Shown here piece by piece: positions 11,948 to 22,826 of a stretch of DNA of 64,000 bases. The notes beneath the pieces are model-generated. The model saw nothing but the letters and a program-made list of their open reading frames with translations, searched no databases and had not been told where the DNA came from. Positions within the stretch are counted from its first letter, which is position 1, and each line of letters starts with the position of its first letter. The stretch spans positions 171,917 through 235,916 of the forward strand of contig ML992511.1 of assembly GCA_010093995.1 (NCBI GenBank), given 5' to 3'. This DNA is from Elsinoe ampelina (taxonomy: Eukaryota). Made by a program: the position numbers and the translations under genes.

Positions 11948-12900
11948 TGAGACAAACGACGTTGGCAGCAACAAGGCTTTCTGCAGCGCCTTAGACAATC
12001 CGAGAAGATGTATAGACTAGTCGCGAAAAGTCCAGTGGTTGCAAGCTGCGTCCAAGGTAGGAGGACGGATTGGTCAAGAGCGGATGAGAAAGGTGAAAGT
12101 TGAGGGGGACTGGAGCTCAGCTGCGCCCCCTGATGAGAACGCTGTGTGAATGCGCAACGCGAAGAGGTGCGCGGTAGGTCGTGATTAAAGTAGAAAGAAA
12201 TGTGCTCCTGACCTACCTCATCTCTCGCCGCTGGCATGGGCTGATGCCGCCAGGCACCTTTGTGTGGCGTCTCTCTTTGGACCATCATGGACAGCAAGCT
12301 GAACCATCCATGGCGACTCATAACATATCGAGTGAGGTTTCATGCCATGGGGACGTCACAACACAACCAGTGGTCGAGTGGGATCCACCGGAATGAACCC
12401 AGTATCATCATGCTGATAATTCTGCTGGCGTAAGTATGAATGCAGCAACAATGACAAGATAGAGAATATTCAATCATGCCCTATCCTCTGCAACATGGCG
12501 AGAGTATGTTTGAAATCTGTGAATGTTCTCATTGTTTGCTGGCGCACTGATCAGCCAACATATCTCGGATGGTTGAAGTTGAAGGGCTTGGCATATCTCG
12601 ATCACGTGATGAGCATTCGCCAAGCACACGGTGGCGCAGAATTCGCTGACCCTACCCGTTTCAGATCCTGACAGGCACTCATTTCCGAGGCTGAGTATCA
12701 AATCCCACCGAACAAAGCGAAGAGTCCGCATCCGTCTCTACAACTCTCCATATGCCAAGTATCCTTGTCCCTTGCTTGCACGCCCTCTTTGTTCCTGGCG
12801 ACCCTTTGTGTTGTCGTTCTTGAGCATAAGTATTCGTATCGTGCCATGTCATTTCATCGAGTTATTCAACTCACTTCAACTCACATCCACCTCGAACGTC

Positions 12901-14394
12901 ATGTACATTGACAGCAATGTTATCCTGTTGATTAGTAAGGAGAGGCGTCTCCTGCTGGCGAATCCAAGGCTTCAGTATGATCTCGGCCTTGCCATTGAGC
13001 AATACCTTTCCGGCACTGATGTGGTATTGAAAGATCAATCTCTATGCTTTGAGTTGAGGGTTGCTCGCATGATCGAAGCAAGAGCCAAGAAAGCTCTATC
13101 CAATCCATCGGACAATCTAATCGACTTTTACAGGACTCTCAAGACCAATCTATGTAAGCTGAGTGGCGGCGGGTGGGCTATACCTCGCATCACTATGCTA
13201 CATCGTGACGGCAGAATCTTTTATACAGCCAGCTTACGTCGTTGCGGCGTCCTTGCAGTACGGCATTTCCAGTATTCTCCCATTTCCAAGGACCTCCGAC
13301 TGGTTGACAGTATCTCGGGGGACTTCAGCTTCGACGAGGTCAAATTCCTTCTGGCAGAGTCCAATCCACACCAACCGCTCATCATTCCACCACCACCGAT
13401 GGATTGGACCGGTGAATGGGGCTATGATGCGGACAAGAACACACACGAGGCGGCAGAAGCACGATGGGCATCGCCTACCAGTCAACGCAGGTCATCTCTT
13501 GTTGAAGTTCAGAGACGGACTCTTCGACATCTATCGGACATGTCGCCAGAGGTATGTTACGAGGTATTTGACAAAGTCAATCTTCGCAATCGTTACTCCA
13601 TCAACTTTAATGCCAAGGACATCGGATCCATAACAATCACGCACGACGCAGATTATTGCCCTGCCCATACTCTCACCGGCGATAAAATTCTGAAAGACTT
13701 TGTGGAAGCCCAACCAAAGTTCACATCCGCAGCTCGACCGGTAATTATTCTCAACGGAAAAGTCCTAGCCCTGGATCGAGCGCTAGATCTATCTACCGTG
13801 GTCTTGACTGCCGTGGATCTGTCGTTCTTCCTGATCTTCAGGGATATGCAGCCACTATATCAGGACACTGCCCAACTCGACCGCATCATGGCACAAATCA
13901 GCGACGCAAACCCCAACATCTCGAGCCTTCACGTCCGTTTCATCGTTGATGTCACCCTTGCCGACAGCGACGCCTTGCGAAGCGTTCGCCGAGTCTTCTC
14001 GTGGCGTCCTCGAATGGGTCAGGGCGTTTCCGTATCTGTACAGTCCTTCGAGCAGATCCAAATCTGCTTCACAGACGATGACAGATATCACTTTGTCTAT
14101 CCCTCTCACGACCTCGACACAGCCTCACATGTGTTCCGCGCCGACGACAGGTTGCGGCTTTTGGACTGCGCCGCTGGTCGGCCGATGAAGATGGAAGAAC
14201 AGATACCGCTGAAAGACGTCTTGTTGCTGCGTCGGAGACAAGCGAATACCCCATGGGATGTGCTAGAGGATCTACTGCTTCTCGAAGCCGTCTTGCCCGT
14301 CAAGAAGGTTTGTTGTTTCGCTGCGGAGGAGATCTCGGAGCATGTCATGGAGCATGAGCAGTGTGAGGAGAGTGAGGATCTGATAAAGCTTTGA
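12901..14394 (+). CDS. Hypothetical intronless protein (~497 aa) with internal F-box-like motif
   Basis: Long ORF with globular composition from the first ATG at 12901. The segment RHLSDMSPEVCYEVFDKV resembles the L-LP-E---I motif of fungal F-box/2EXR-like proteins. Confidence 0.6.
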   Translation: MYIDSNVILLISKERRLLLANPRLQYDLGLAIEQYLSGTDVVLKDQSLCFELRVARMIEARAKKALSNPSDNLIDFYRTLKTNLCKLSGGGWAIPRITMLHRDGRIFYTASLRRCGVLAVRHFQYSPISKDLRLVDSISGDFSFDEVKFLLAESNPHQPLIIPPPPMDWTGEWGYDADKNTHEAAEARWASPTSQRRSSLVEVQRRTLRHLSDMSPEVCYEVFDKVNLRNRYSINFNAKDIGSITITHDADYCPAHTLTGDKILKDFVEAQPKFTSAARPVIILNGKVLALDRALDLSTVVLTAVDLSFFLIFRDMQPLYQDTAQLDRIMAQISDANPNISSLHVRFIVDVTLADSDALRSVRRVFSWRPRMGQGVSVSVQSFEQIQICFTDDDRYHFVYPSHDLDTASHVFRADDRLRLLDCAAGRPMKMEEQIPLKDVLLLRRRQANTPWDVLEDLLLLEAVLPVKKVCCFAAEEISEHVMEHEQCEESEDLIKL

Positions 14395-16989
14395 GGGCTG
14401 GCACTGGCGTCAGTAGTGATATATAGCTCGAGGCAGCAGCGGCATGGATGGGCTTGAAAAACACAATTGAAGACGCAGGATACTTGATCAAGATTGCTTG
14501 GATGATGATTTGCATTCCTGAAAAACTTGGAACATGAGCGAGAGGATCGGGGAGAAGCCGAGTGGCATGTCAAATCCAGAGTGCTATAGCCATTCTTCTG
14601 CAACATCTCCATCCCATGACCGAGAACATGTCAAGCCTAGTGAGATACGAATATGAAAATATAGAGACTTGGGGAGATGGTAATAAAGCTTTCAACGTAC
14701 TTAAGCAAGAAGCACGATGAATCTAATTAGAGGAAGGCAAGTGCATAGCGCCCCACTTACCTCTACATAAAGGCCGACATGAGGGCCAGCGAGTCTTCGA
14801 CAGACATTCGAGGTACACCAGCATTCCGTGACCGTCACAGGCGCTCGAGACAACGTAATCTCGCATCGACGACCGTTGCTGCGTGCCGCTGTCAACGTTC
14901 GCACGTGGTTACGGCGCCGCCGAAAGGTATTTGCTTCTGCTCATTGAGCCCGAGCGTGAACGTTGCTGGTGAAGCGCATTCGATATATAGACAGGTACGT
15001 TTGGTGTCCCAGCCACGCGGAGTTGGGATTGGGAAGAGGTGTTTGCCGTTTCCGTAGCTAGAGGCTGATGCTTGTGGTAAATGCACTGGTCTTTGTGGTA
15101 GTTTCATGACGCTGAGTAGTATGGTGGTTCTGAACGAATGTGATTGGACGGAAGCAAATTGCTTGTGTGAAGAGGTCACGACCTCCGACTAAGCCGCATC
15201 ACCGCGTGAAGGTCGGAGATTTAGCAAGCAATTTCGCCAGACGCATTGACGATTCTTGGTGGAAGAATCATAGAAAGTTTCTGCGGAAGTGCGAGTCGAA
15301 AGACGAGCATGACCACGGCTTTTTTTTCATAAATTGAATGGTTTTGCGAGAGATCAGCAGAGCTAGTGCTTCACTTTTGAGCTTTGTGAAATGAGATCTG
15401 TTCGCTTGTGGCTGGCCGAGGCGCTCATGGCCTACTGGCGGTGTGCAGCAGAGTCAGTAGACGTCCCTACCACATGGCCATGTCATTCCGGCAAATTTCG
15501 CAATCACCTTGTTGCCATGTGGCAGATACGCAATTCCGACATGACCGGCATGACACAGGGTCAACAACTACCAGCACAATGCGTTTCGTACGTGCGAAAC
15601 AGAACACATCTCGCCAGACCGTTTTGGCCCAGTCGGTGCCTGTCAGAGGAGCTAACCTGTGGTGTGTGGTAGGTAATGAACAATAGCTTGGAAGCTTAAA
15701 AGGGCAAACTTCGAATGAAGCTAGCTGTGGCGGCGCAGTGTAACCCAGCATACCGGCCTAGGAAGCAGGGCAGTTTGATCCGTATTCGATAATCACCACT
15801 CTTCGCTCGGCTGTCGCACCTCTGACAAGGAAAAGCTTTGGACCAAACGTCCCGAGCAGCTGTTGACAAAAGATGGAGAGACAGCAAGGACTAACAACGA
15901 GGGTCGCTCGATGCAGGAGAAAACGTTGACGCTTGCGTCTGTTCCAAGTTCATGCAAGTCTGTTTCCTACCAGCAGAGAGCCACAAGGAGCAACTATAGT
16001 GTGGAAGGAATCGTCGAAGCAAAAACGTGGAAGCCGAACCAGATCTCGGCCAGAGGCCACCACCCCTGCGACCATGCGGCCATGCCCTGAGCCAGGCCTG
16101 ACTGGAGCTCAGAGTTTCCTCTTCGGAGATCGTGTCCCGCTCCTGCGTGTTCTATATCGGTGGGGGCATCACTTCTCGCGTTCTTGGAGCACGCATGAAA
16201 CAAGGCAGACTTGTAAGCTTCAGGTGGTAGTTTGTCTGACCAGTTGATTCAGCTGAGGGCTGAGAAGCGGTAGCTACCTCCTGCACTGCGACGTGTGACA
16301 AGCACGAGGCTGCAGATCCGTGGCGAGTGATGATCGAACTGTGCATGCCTGAAATGTACAACTCGAGCATGGAAACAGCTGCTCAGATCTCCGACTGTGG
16401 TCGCCCGGTGAGCAGCAGCCGTCGACGGATGGTAGAAGGATTTGCAAACCAGTAGCACAGCAGTACAGAGCCGTTTTCTCGACCGTTCGATACAGACGCT
16501 GGCAAAGTGTACCTGTCGAGCAACAGTTGCTGCCAGTCACTGGCAATTGCCTGCCCTTCGGCCCCGGAATAGTGAAGGCTAGTCCCTTTTGAGACACCAG
16601 TAGCGTTGCCGCGAGACACTTGGAGAGCACAAACCCCTGATTGCCAATCTTTCTCAAAGATACTCTACTCTTCCTCTGTCCATTCTGTCTCCATCTCTTC
16701 TCGATCATCAATCCGTCTCTGTCAATCCCAAGCGTCATCTCGACGACTTCTCCCTCCGCGCGACAGCTTCTCTTGACCAGCAAAGCAGTCGCCTCGAGTC
16801 GCTCAATCCTACCAGGGTTCTCTCGGCAACCGACCCACCTTCGCCTCGTTTCGTCCCGACTGGTGATCGCAGGGGTTAATTCGAAAAGAGGAGGAGTCTT
16901 ACCGATATCTTGTGGAGGTCTGCGAGAAGGAAGAGCGCATTGAGAGGTCATTGCAGCAGTGCTTTGCACTTTTTCGGCTCCCTGAACAG

Positions 16990-17257
16990 GTAAGTTTACC
17001 ACTCCGCATTCTCGATTCCACAAAGGGGACGCCCAGCCTCCGCGTGCGACAAACCTCCTCCGCCCACCACATCCTTTCTGGCAGTCTTCGAGAGCTTCAG
17101 CGACCACGATCGCAATAACCAGAGCCACTAAAGCTTCACCGCTACAAGTGAGCAATTTCAAAGCGCCAAAAGAGCTAGCGGTCAGACTGCCAGACCTCGA
17201 AGCACCGCATCCGCAATCGACACAGTCAGCACAAGTCCCTCACTGACAAGCGATCAG
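16990..17257 (+). other. Putative 5'-UTR intron of the G-alpha gene
   Basis: CAG|GTAAGT donor at 16990, CACTGAC branch site at about 17241 and CAG acceptor at 17257, 39 nt before the ATG. It follows a pyrimidine-rich TSS-like region. Confidence 0.45.
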
Positions 17258-17295
17258 CTCTTTCCCATCTGATATAATCACACAATACCGCCAGC

Positions 17296-18433
17296 ATGGG
17301 TTGCGGAATGAGCACAGAAGATAAGGAGGGAAAGCAGAGGAATGAAGAGATCGAGAACCAGCTCAAGAAGGACAGGATGTTGCAGAGGAACGAGATCAAG
17401 ATGTTGTTGCTCGGTAAGACATACACAAATCAGTATTGTGGAGGCTATAATCTCTGACCTCGATATCAAGGTGCTGGTGAATCCGGCAAGTCGACAATTC
17501 TCAAACAGATGAAGCTCATCCACGAGGGTGGCTACTCACGGGACGAGCGCGAGTCTTTCAAGGAAATCATCTTCTCCAACACCGTCCAATCGATGCGTGT
17601 CATTCTCGAGGCCATGGAGTCGCTGGAGCTTCCTCTTGCGGATCCCCGCCACGAGTACCACATCCAGACCATCTTCATGCAACCAGCGCAGATCGAGGGC
17701 GACAGCCTTCCACCAGAGGTCGGCAACGCCATTGGTGCTCTCTGGAAGGATGAGGGTGTTCAGCAATGTTTCGGCAGATCGCGCGAGTACCAACTGAACG
17801 ACTCGGCCAAATACTACTTCGACTCGATTGACCGCATCGCGCAACCCGACTACGTTCCAAACGATCAGGATGTTCTCCGTTCCCGTGTCAAGACTACTGG
17901 TATCACCGAGACCACCTTCATCATTGGTGATCTTACCTACCGCATGTTCGACGTGGGTGGTCAGCGTTCTGAGCGTAAGAAGTGGATCCATTGCTTCGAG
18001 AACGTTACAACCATTCTCTTCCTTGTCGCCATCTCCGAGTACGACCAGCTTCTTTTCGAGGATGAGACCGTCAACCGTATGCAAGAGGCTCTCACACTTT
18101 TCGATTCCATTTGCAACTCGAGATGGTTCGTCAAAACTTCGATCATTCTGTTCTTGAACAAGATCGATAGGTTCAAGGAGAAGCTCCCAGTCAGCCCGAT
18201 GAAGAATTACTTCCCAGACTACGAGGGTGGTGCCGACTACGCCGCCGCCTGCGATTACATCCTGAACCGCTTCGTCTCACTTAACCAGCATGAGACCAAG
18301 CAGATCTACACCCATTTCACCTGCGCTACTGATACCATGCAGATCCGGTAAGCTTTTCTCTCTATCTTGATATCGGTGGAAAGAGCGGGCAAAAGTTTCG
18401 GACCGGCCATCTTGCCGCCAAGCCCGACTTCCG

Positions 18434-18480
<47 letters not shown>

Positions 18481-18659
18481 TTCGCCCCCCGGCCCCCCTT
18501 CTGGTTCATAACAACATCAGATCATGCTAACACGTCTTCAGATTCGTCATGGCAGCTGTCAATGACATCATCATCCAAGGTCAGAAATTTACAGTCTCAT
18601 AAGCTTGATTTTTATTAACAAAATTACCAGAAAACCTACGCCTTGCCGGCCTGATATGA
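17296..18659 (+). CDS. gna1: Heterotrimeric G protein alpha subunit, fungal class I (FadA/GNA-1/MagB type)
   Basis: Exons 17296-17413, 17471-18347, 18542-18579 and 18631-18659 give 353 aa. MGCGMS acylation site, GAGESGKS, DVGGQ, NKID and TCATD; ends ENLRLAGLI. Confidence 0.97.
18434..18480. repeat. Poly-C homopolymer (47 nt) within G-alpha intron 2
   Basis: Uninterrupted C run inside intron 18348-18541. Confidence 0.95.
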
Positions 18660-20254
18660 GCAAAATTGGTGTGTGGACAGCTTGGCATGTATGATAATTC
18701 GAGTGTCGGACTTGGCGGGTTGAGACAGCGACAGCGGGTGTCAGCAGTAGGTGTGGGAGGTGGGAGTGCGTGGCAGTCGGCGAGAATCGTCGTCGTCGAC
18801 CTTCTTCTCCTTGATAGGAGAGCACCGAGGGGAGTCGCCCCTCGACTGCTGTTTGAAGCTTCTACACAGTGACATGGGGGAAACTTTTGACCATGTATTT
18901 GATCTGCTCCGAGCAGGATCATTCGGGCAGGGGTCAAGCGGTGTTTTTTGCGTTTGTGTTTTCAAAAGATTCCCTCGTAGTAGCTGCGACACTCTCACAC
19001 ATCCTTTTGTAATCAATACCATTTTCAAGAATACTTCCACTTCAGACTACTATACCGAATCAGACCAGATCAACCAAACAGATCTGTATGAAGTGTTGAT
19101 CAGGCACTCTACCAAAGGCTGGCAACTCGCAGATCTGGCAAGAATCCAGACTGGCAACGGACGTTGATGCTATGGGGCCATCGCAACGTCTACACAATGC
19201 ACAACTAACGACAGTGACGTGAGCCCGTTCTTACGGACCAATACATATGCAAATCTGATTCCGTTCCTAGTCTATATACAAGTAAGAATCCCACAGGAGG
19301 AAAAGTAGATGGACGTCGTGCCGATGGCTGCAGACGTCCGCCATGTCCCCTGCTGCCAAAACGCAGAGCCTCATCGATCGACAGGGACAACTGGTCGATC
19401 ACGATTGCAGTCTTTTGACTGCAGCAGAGATCCACCAAGAAGATCTCGAACATGGCCATCGCATTTGTTGTCGTCTTTTGACAGACTTCAACATTAAGAT
19501 TCCTGCTGATGCTCTTCGCCACTCGTTGCATTACTCGCCTCCCACTACCAGGGACCGCTAGCTTTGTGTCTCCCGCTTTTCTCACAGACCCACAGCCGCA
19601 TCTCGATCCCTATCTCCCTCAACCATTTTCGCTTTCCCTCACGACAGGACACAGGCAAACCCGTCTCGCTGTCCGCCATCCGCCCCAACGCTCGTGGCGC
19701 TGCATTTCTCCAGCGTTTGACGCCACCGACGTGCGTCCATGCTCACCTGGCTCGCTCTTTGTGGCAGTTCCCTCATCCAATAGCACGCTCCGCGGTCCTG
19801 TCGTGCCACTTTACTGGTAGCTGGCGAGGCTTGACGCTGCATTTATCACGGAGCCGCATTCGACATTTTTGCATGTGAGAAGGCCGGATGTTGGACTGTA
19901 GTCGCACACGGGCCTCCTATCGCTAGTCTTGCTCACCTGTGGCACCTTCCTGTCTTCTGTTCCTCCCCCCGATCGATGCGTCGATCCTTTCCACCGCTTT
20001 GTTGGCATGGGCATACGGTGTCTCTGGCCTAGCCTTGGACATGGTAGGTTCTACTAGCGGTGAACGATAGGGGCATGTCATAATGTCTTTGTGTCCTGTT
20101 CCCGGTTGGTCTGTGAGCTGGAGTCTCTATTTTGTCCTGGCCTGGTTGCTGATCTTTCTTTCTTCTCACTTTTGCTGTCTCTTCACCCCACCACACCCCA
20201 CTAGATATCACTTCACCATAGCCTCACAACGAGTGCTTGTCCGAAAACGCAAAC

Positions 20255-21304
20255 ATGGCGCCCTCTGCAATTACTCCTCCTCCTGTCGAGCCTAAGAAGG
20301 AGATCCTCAAGGTCCCTCGCCCGACTCTCAACCGTATCGACACAGCTGCCTTGGGCACACGGAGAAAAATCATCTGCTTCTCAGGTATATTTACTACCTT
20401 CAAGCAGTAGAATCTCTGCTAATCACCACCAGATTTCGATGGCACCATCATGTACGAAGACACCGGCCACGTCCTCTTCAACAAATTCGGCTGCGGCAGC
20501 GAGCGTCGTGAAATCCTCGACCAACAAATCAAGAGCGGCGAGCGCTCATTCCGGGACGTATCTGAAGAGATGTGGGGCAGCCTTGACGTCCCCTTCGCCG
20601 ACGGCTTCGAAGAGATGAAGAACCGACTCCACATGGACGAGGACTTCCAAGACTTCCACACTTTCTGCCTCAATAACCGCATCCCCTTCAACGTCATCTC
20701 GGCCGGCCTCAAGCCAGTCCTCCGCGAAGTCCTCGACCACTTCCTCGGCGAAGAAGCGAGCAGCAACATCCAGATCGTCGCCAACGACGCCGAAATTTCC
20801 GAGGATGGCAAGGAATGGAAGGTCGTCTGGCGGCATAACACGGAGCTAGGCCACGATAAGGCACTCAGCATAAACGAGTATAAGGAGTCCGCCAAGCTGG
20901 AGAGTGAGGACGGCACTATTCCTATGATCGTCTTCATCGGCGACGGTGTGTCGGACCTACCAGCAGCCAGAGAGGCGGACGTGCTCTTCGCCCGCCGCGG
21001 TCTGGCGCTCGAGGAGTACTGCGTCGCCAACAAGCTGCCGTATATTCCCTACGACACATTCGCGGATATTCAGAGGGAGGTCATCAAGATTGCGAAGATT
21101 GACGACGAGAAGACAAAGGGCCAGGGACTGCCGAGTAACTTCAACCCGAGGGCGAACATGTGGCGACGCGCGAGTAGCAAGTCGGCGGTGCCGGTATTTG
21201 CCGCGAAGACACCCGCAAAGGAGAAGATGTTCATCTGGCCTGAGGCGTATACGGAGGTCAGGGAGGTGAAGACGGCGCCGACGACGGCTGTCCCGGCTGC
21301 GTGA
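20255..21304 (+). CDS. HAD-superfamily phosphatase, Pyp1/MtnX-like (polyol-phosphate phosphatase-like)
   Basis: ATG 20255. Intron 20385-20432 splits the motif I (FSDFDGT); also VISAG, GHDK and FIGDGVSDLPAA..ADVLFA (motif IV). Confidence 0.85.
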
Positions 21305-22826
21305 GGAGGGGGAGGGAATGGAAACGGGAGGGTCAAGGCCTTGTGGACCAGTCATGAGGTGGAGTCGGGGTTTCATAGCGATGGATATAGTGGGATAGCA
21401 TGAGGAATACAAAATGCTTCTTTCTCAATTCTCGGCGGAGGCATGAGAGTGAATCTACCACAGCCAGAATAACTACCAGAACCTGATATCCAAGTACAAA
21501 TAGCTGGCTTTCAGATTTACCATTCACATCTGGTAGTATTTGCAATAATATTCCTACCAGATGCTGACAGTCCTACAATCCTTGCCTTTCTGAGGTGTGA
21601 CTGATGGCGGTACATTAGCGTCTATCTAAGTGAATTCGCACAAAGTGATCCCTACTGCATTGTTGTGACCTGTTCATGCTGTGAAATATAGCCCTATTGG
21701 GACTTCTACTGCTCTTCCAAGCATCCACGTTGCTCGGAAGAAACCCAGCACAAGATACATTGACCCGGAAACCGCACGAGACCTGAGCCACAGATCGAGC
21801 GTCTCACAAGACAGACAAGCATTTCTCCAGATCCAGATCATCATTCTCCAGATGGACCGAAACCAGTCGTGAGGTCGCAAACAAGCTCGCGTAGATCACC
21901 CGTCCTCAGATCGGGAGTCGAGCCCTCGATCATGGAGCCTCGACTACTACAGGACCAGCGGAGGAGCGCGGAAGCGTGACCGTCAATAAAGGCAGAGTCT
22001 ACATCCTGCCGTCTGCCCAGGAATCCCTGTGATGGTAGTGGATGATACTGCTGGTAAGAAAAGATCTGTTTGGCGGAGAAGACGGACAGGAAGCATGTGA
22101 CACGCGTCGTTCTGCCTTCTCATTCTGCAATACAGCATCGCTTCCTGTCGGGGATGCCCCACACCGACCGGGCAGAGTGGATATCGGGAGCATTGCAGAT
22201 GACGAGAGGCCATGTTTCGGAGCTCGAGCGCTGCCACTAAGCAACCTTGAAGGTAAACGAGCTGCAGCTGTTCCTGACCTGGTAGAATAATTGACGCTCT
22301 CCCATGCCTGTCGGATGGTAGTTCCTTAGATAGTGTCGATTCCCTCCACCTCTAATCTCCTCCATCCATTTCGCCCATTGCCATTGCGACTGATTTCACC
22401 ATCCTGCGTCAAGCCTCAGCAGCCACGGCTTCAGGGGGAAACAACGCAAACAGGTGGCCTGGACTCAGCTGAGTGCAGAGCAGAGCACAGAGCATCCGAG
22501 TCGTTTTGCATGGCTTTCAGCTGTCAGAACTGTCGATCCCTAAATTCGCTGGCCTTCCCAACTGCCTCGCGGGCAGGCGCAAACACCGCCCTGTAGCCCT
22601 CTTGGACACCTCTGCTTCTTTATTGGATCAGATACCACCAGCATCGACCTTGAAACAGCTTCTAATGAATCAGCATTTGCTTTAATCGCGACCTTTGTCC
22701 TTCCAGCCCTGAGCCAGACCACGAGGCTTTTCCCTTCCCCGCTAAGCGCGTCACCATCGCCGTCTCTCCCGAACTGCCGCGCTGTCCCAGGTACTCGTTC
22801 CCCTAGAACAGGGACAGGCTGAGAGA

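Noticed and set aside
14400..15400. Intron-like signals and short protein-like fragments
   Set aside because: Could not be assembled into a coherent gene or recognised transposon.
16274..17161. 295-aa minus-strand ORF upstream of G-alpha
   Set aside because: Non-ATG start, no motifs, and antisense to the CT-rich promoter and 5' UTR.
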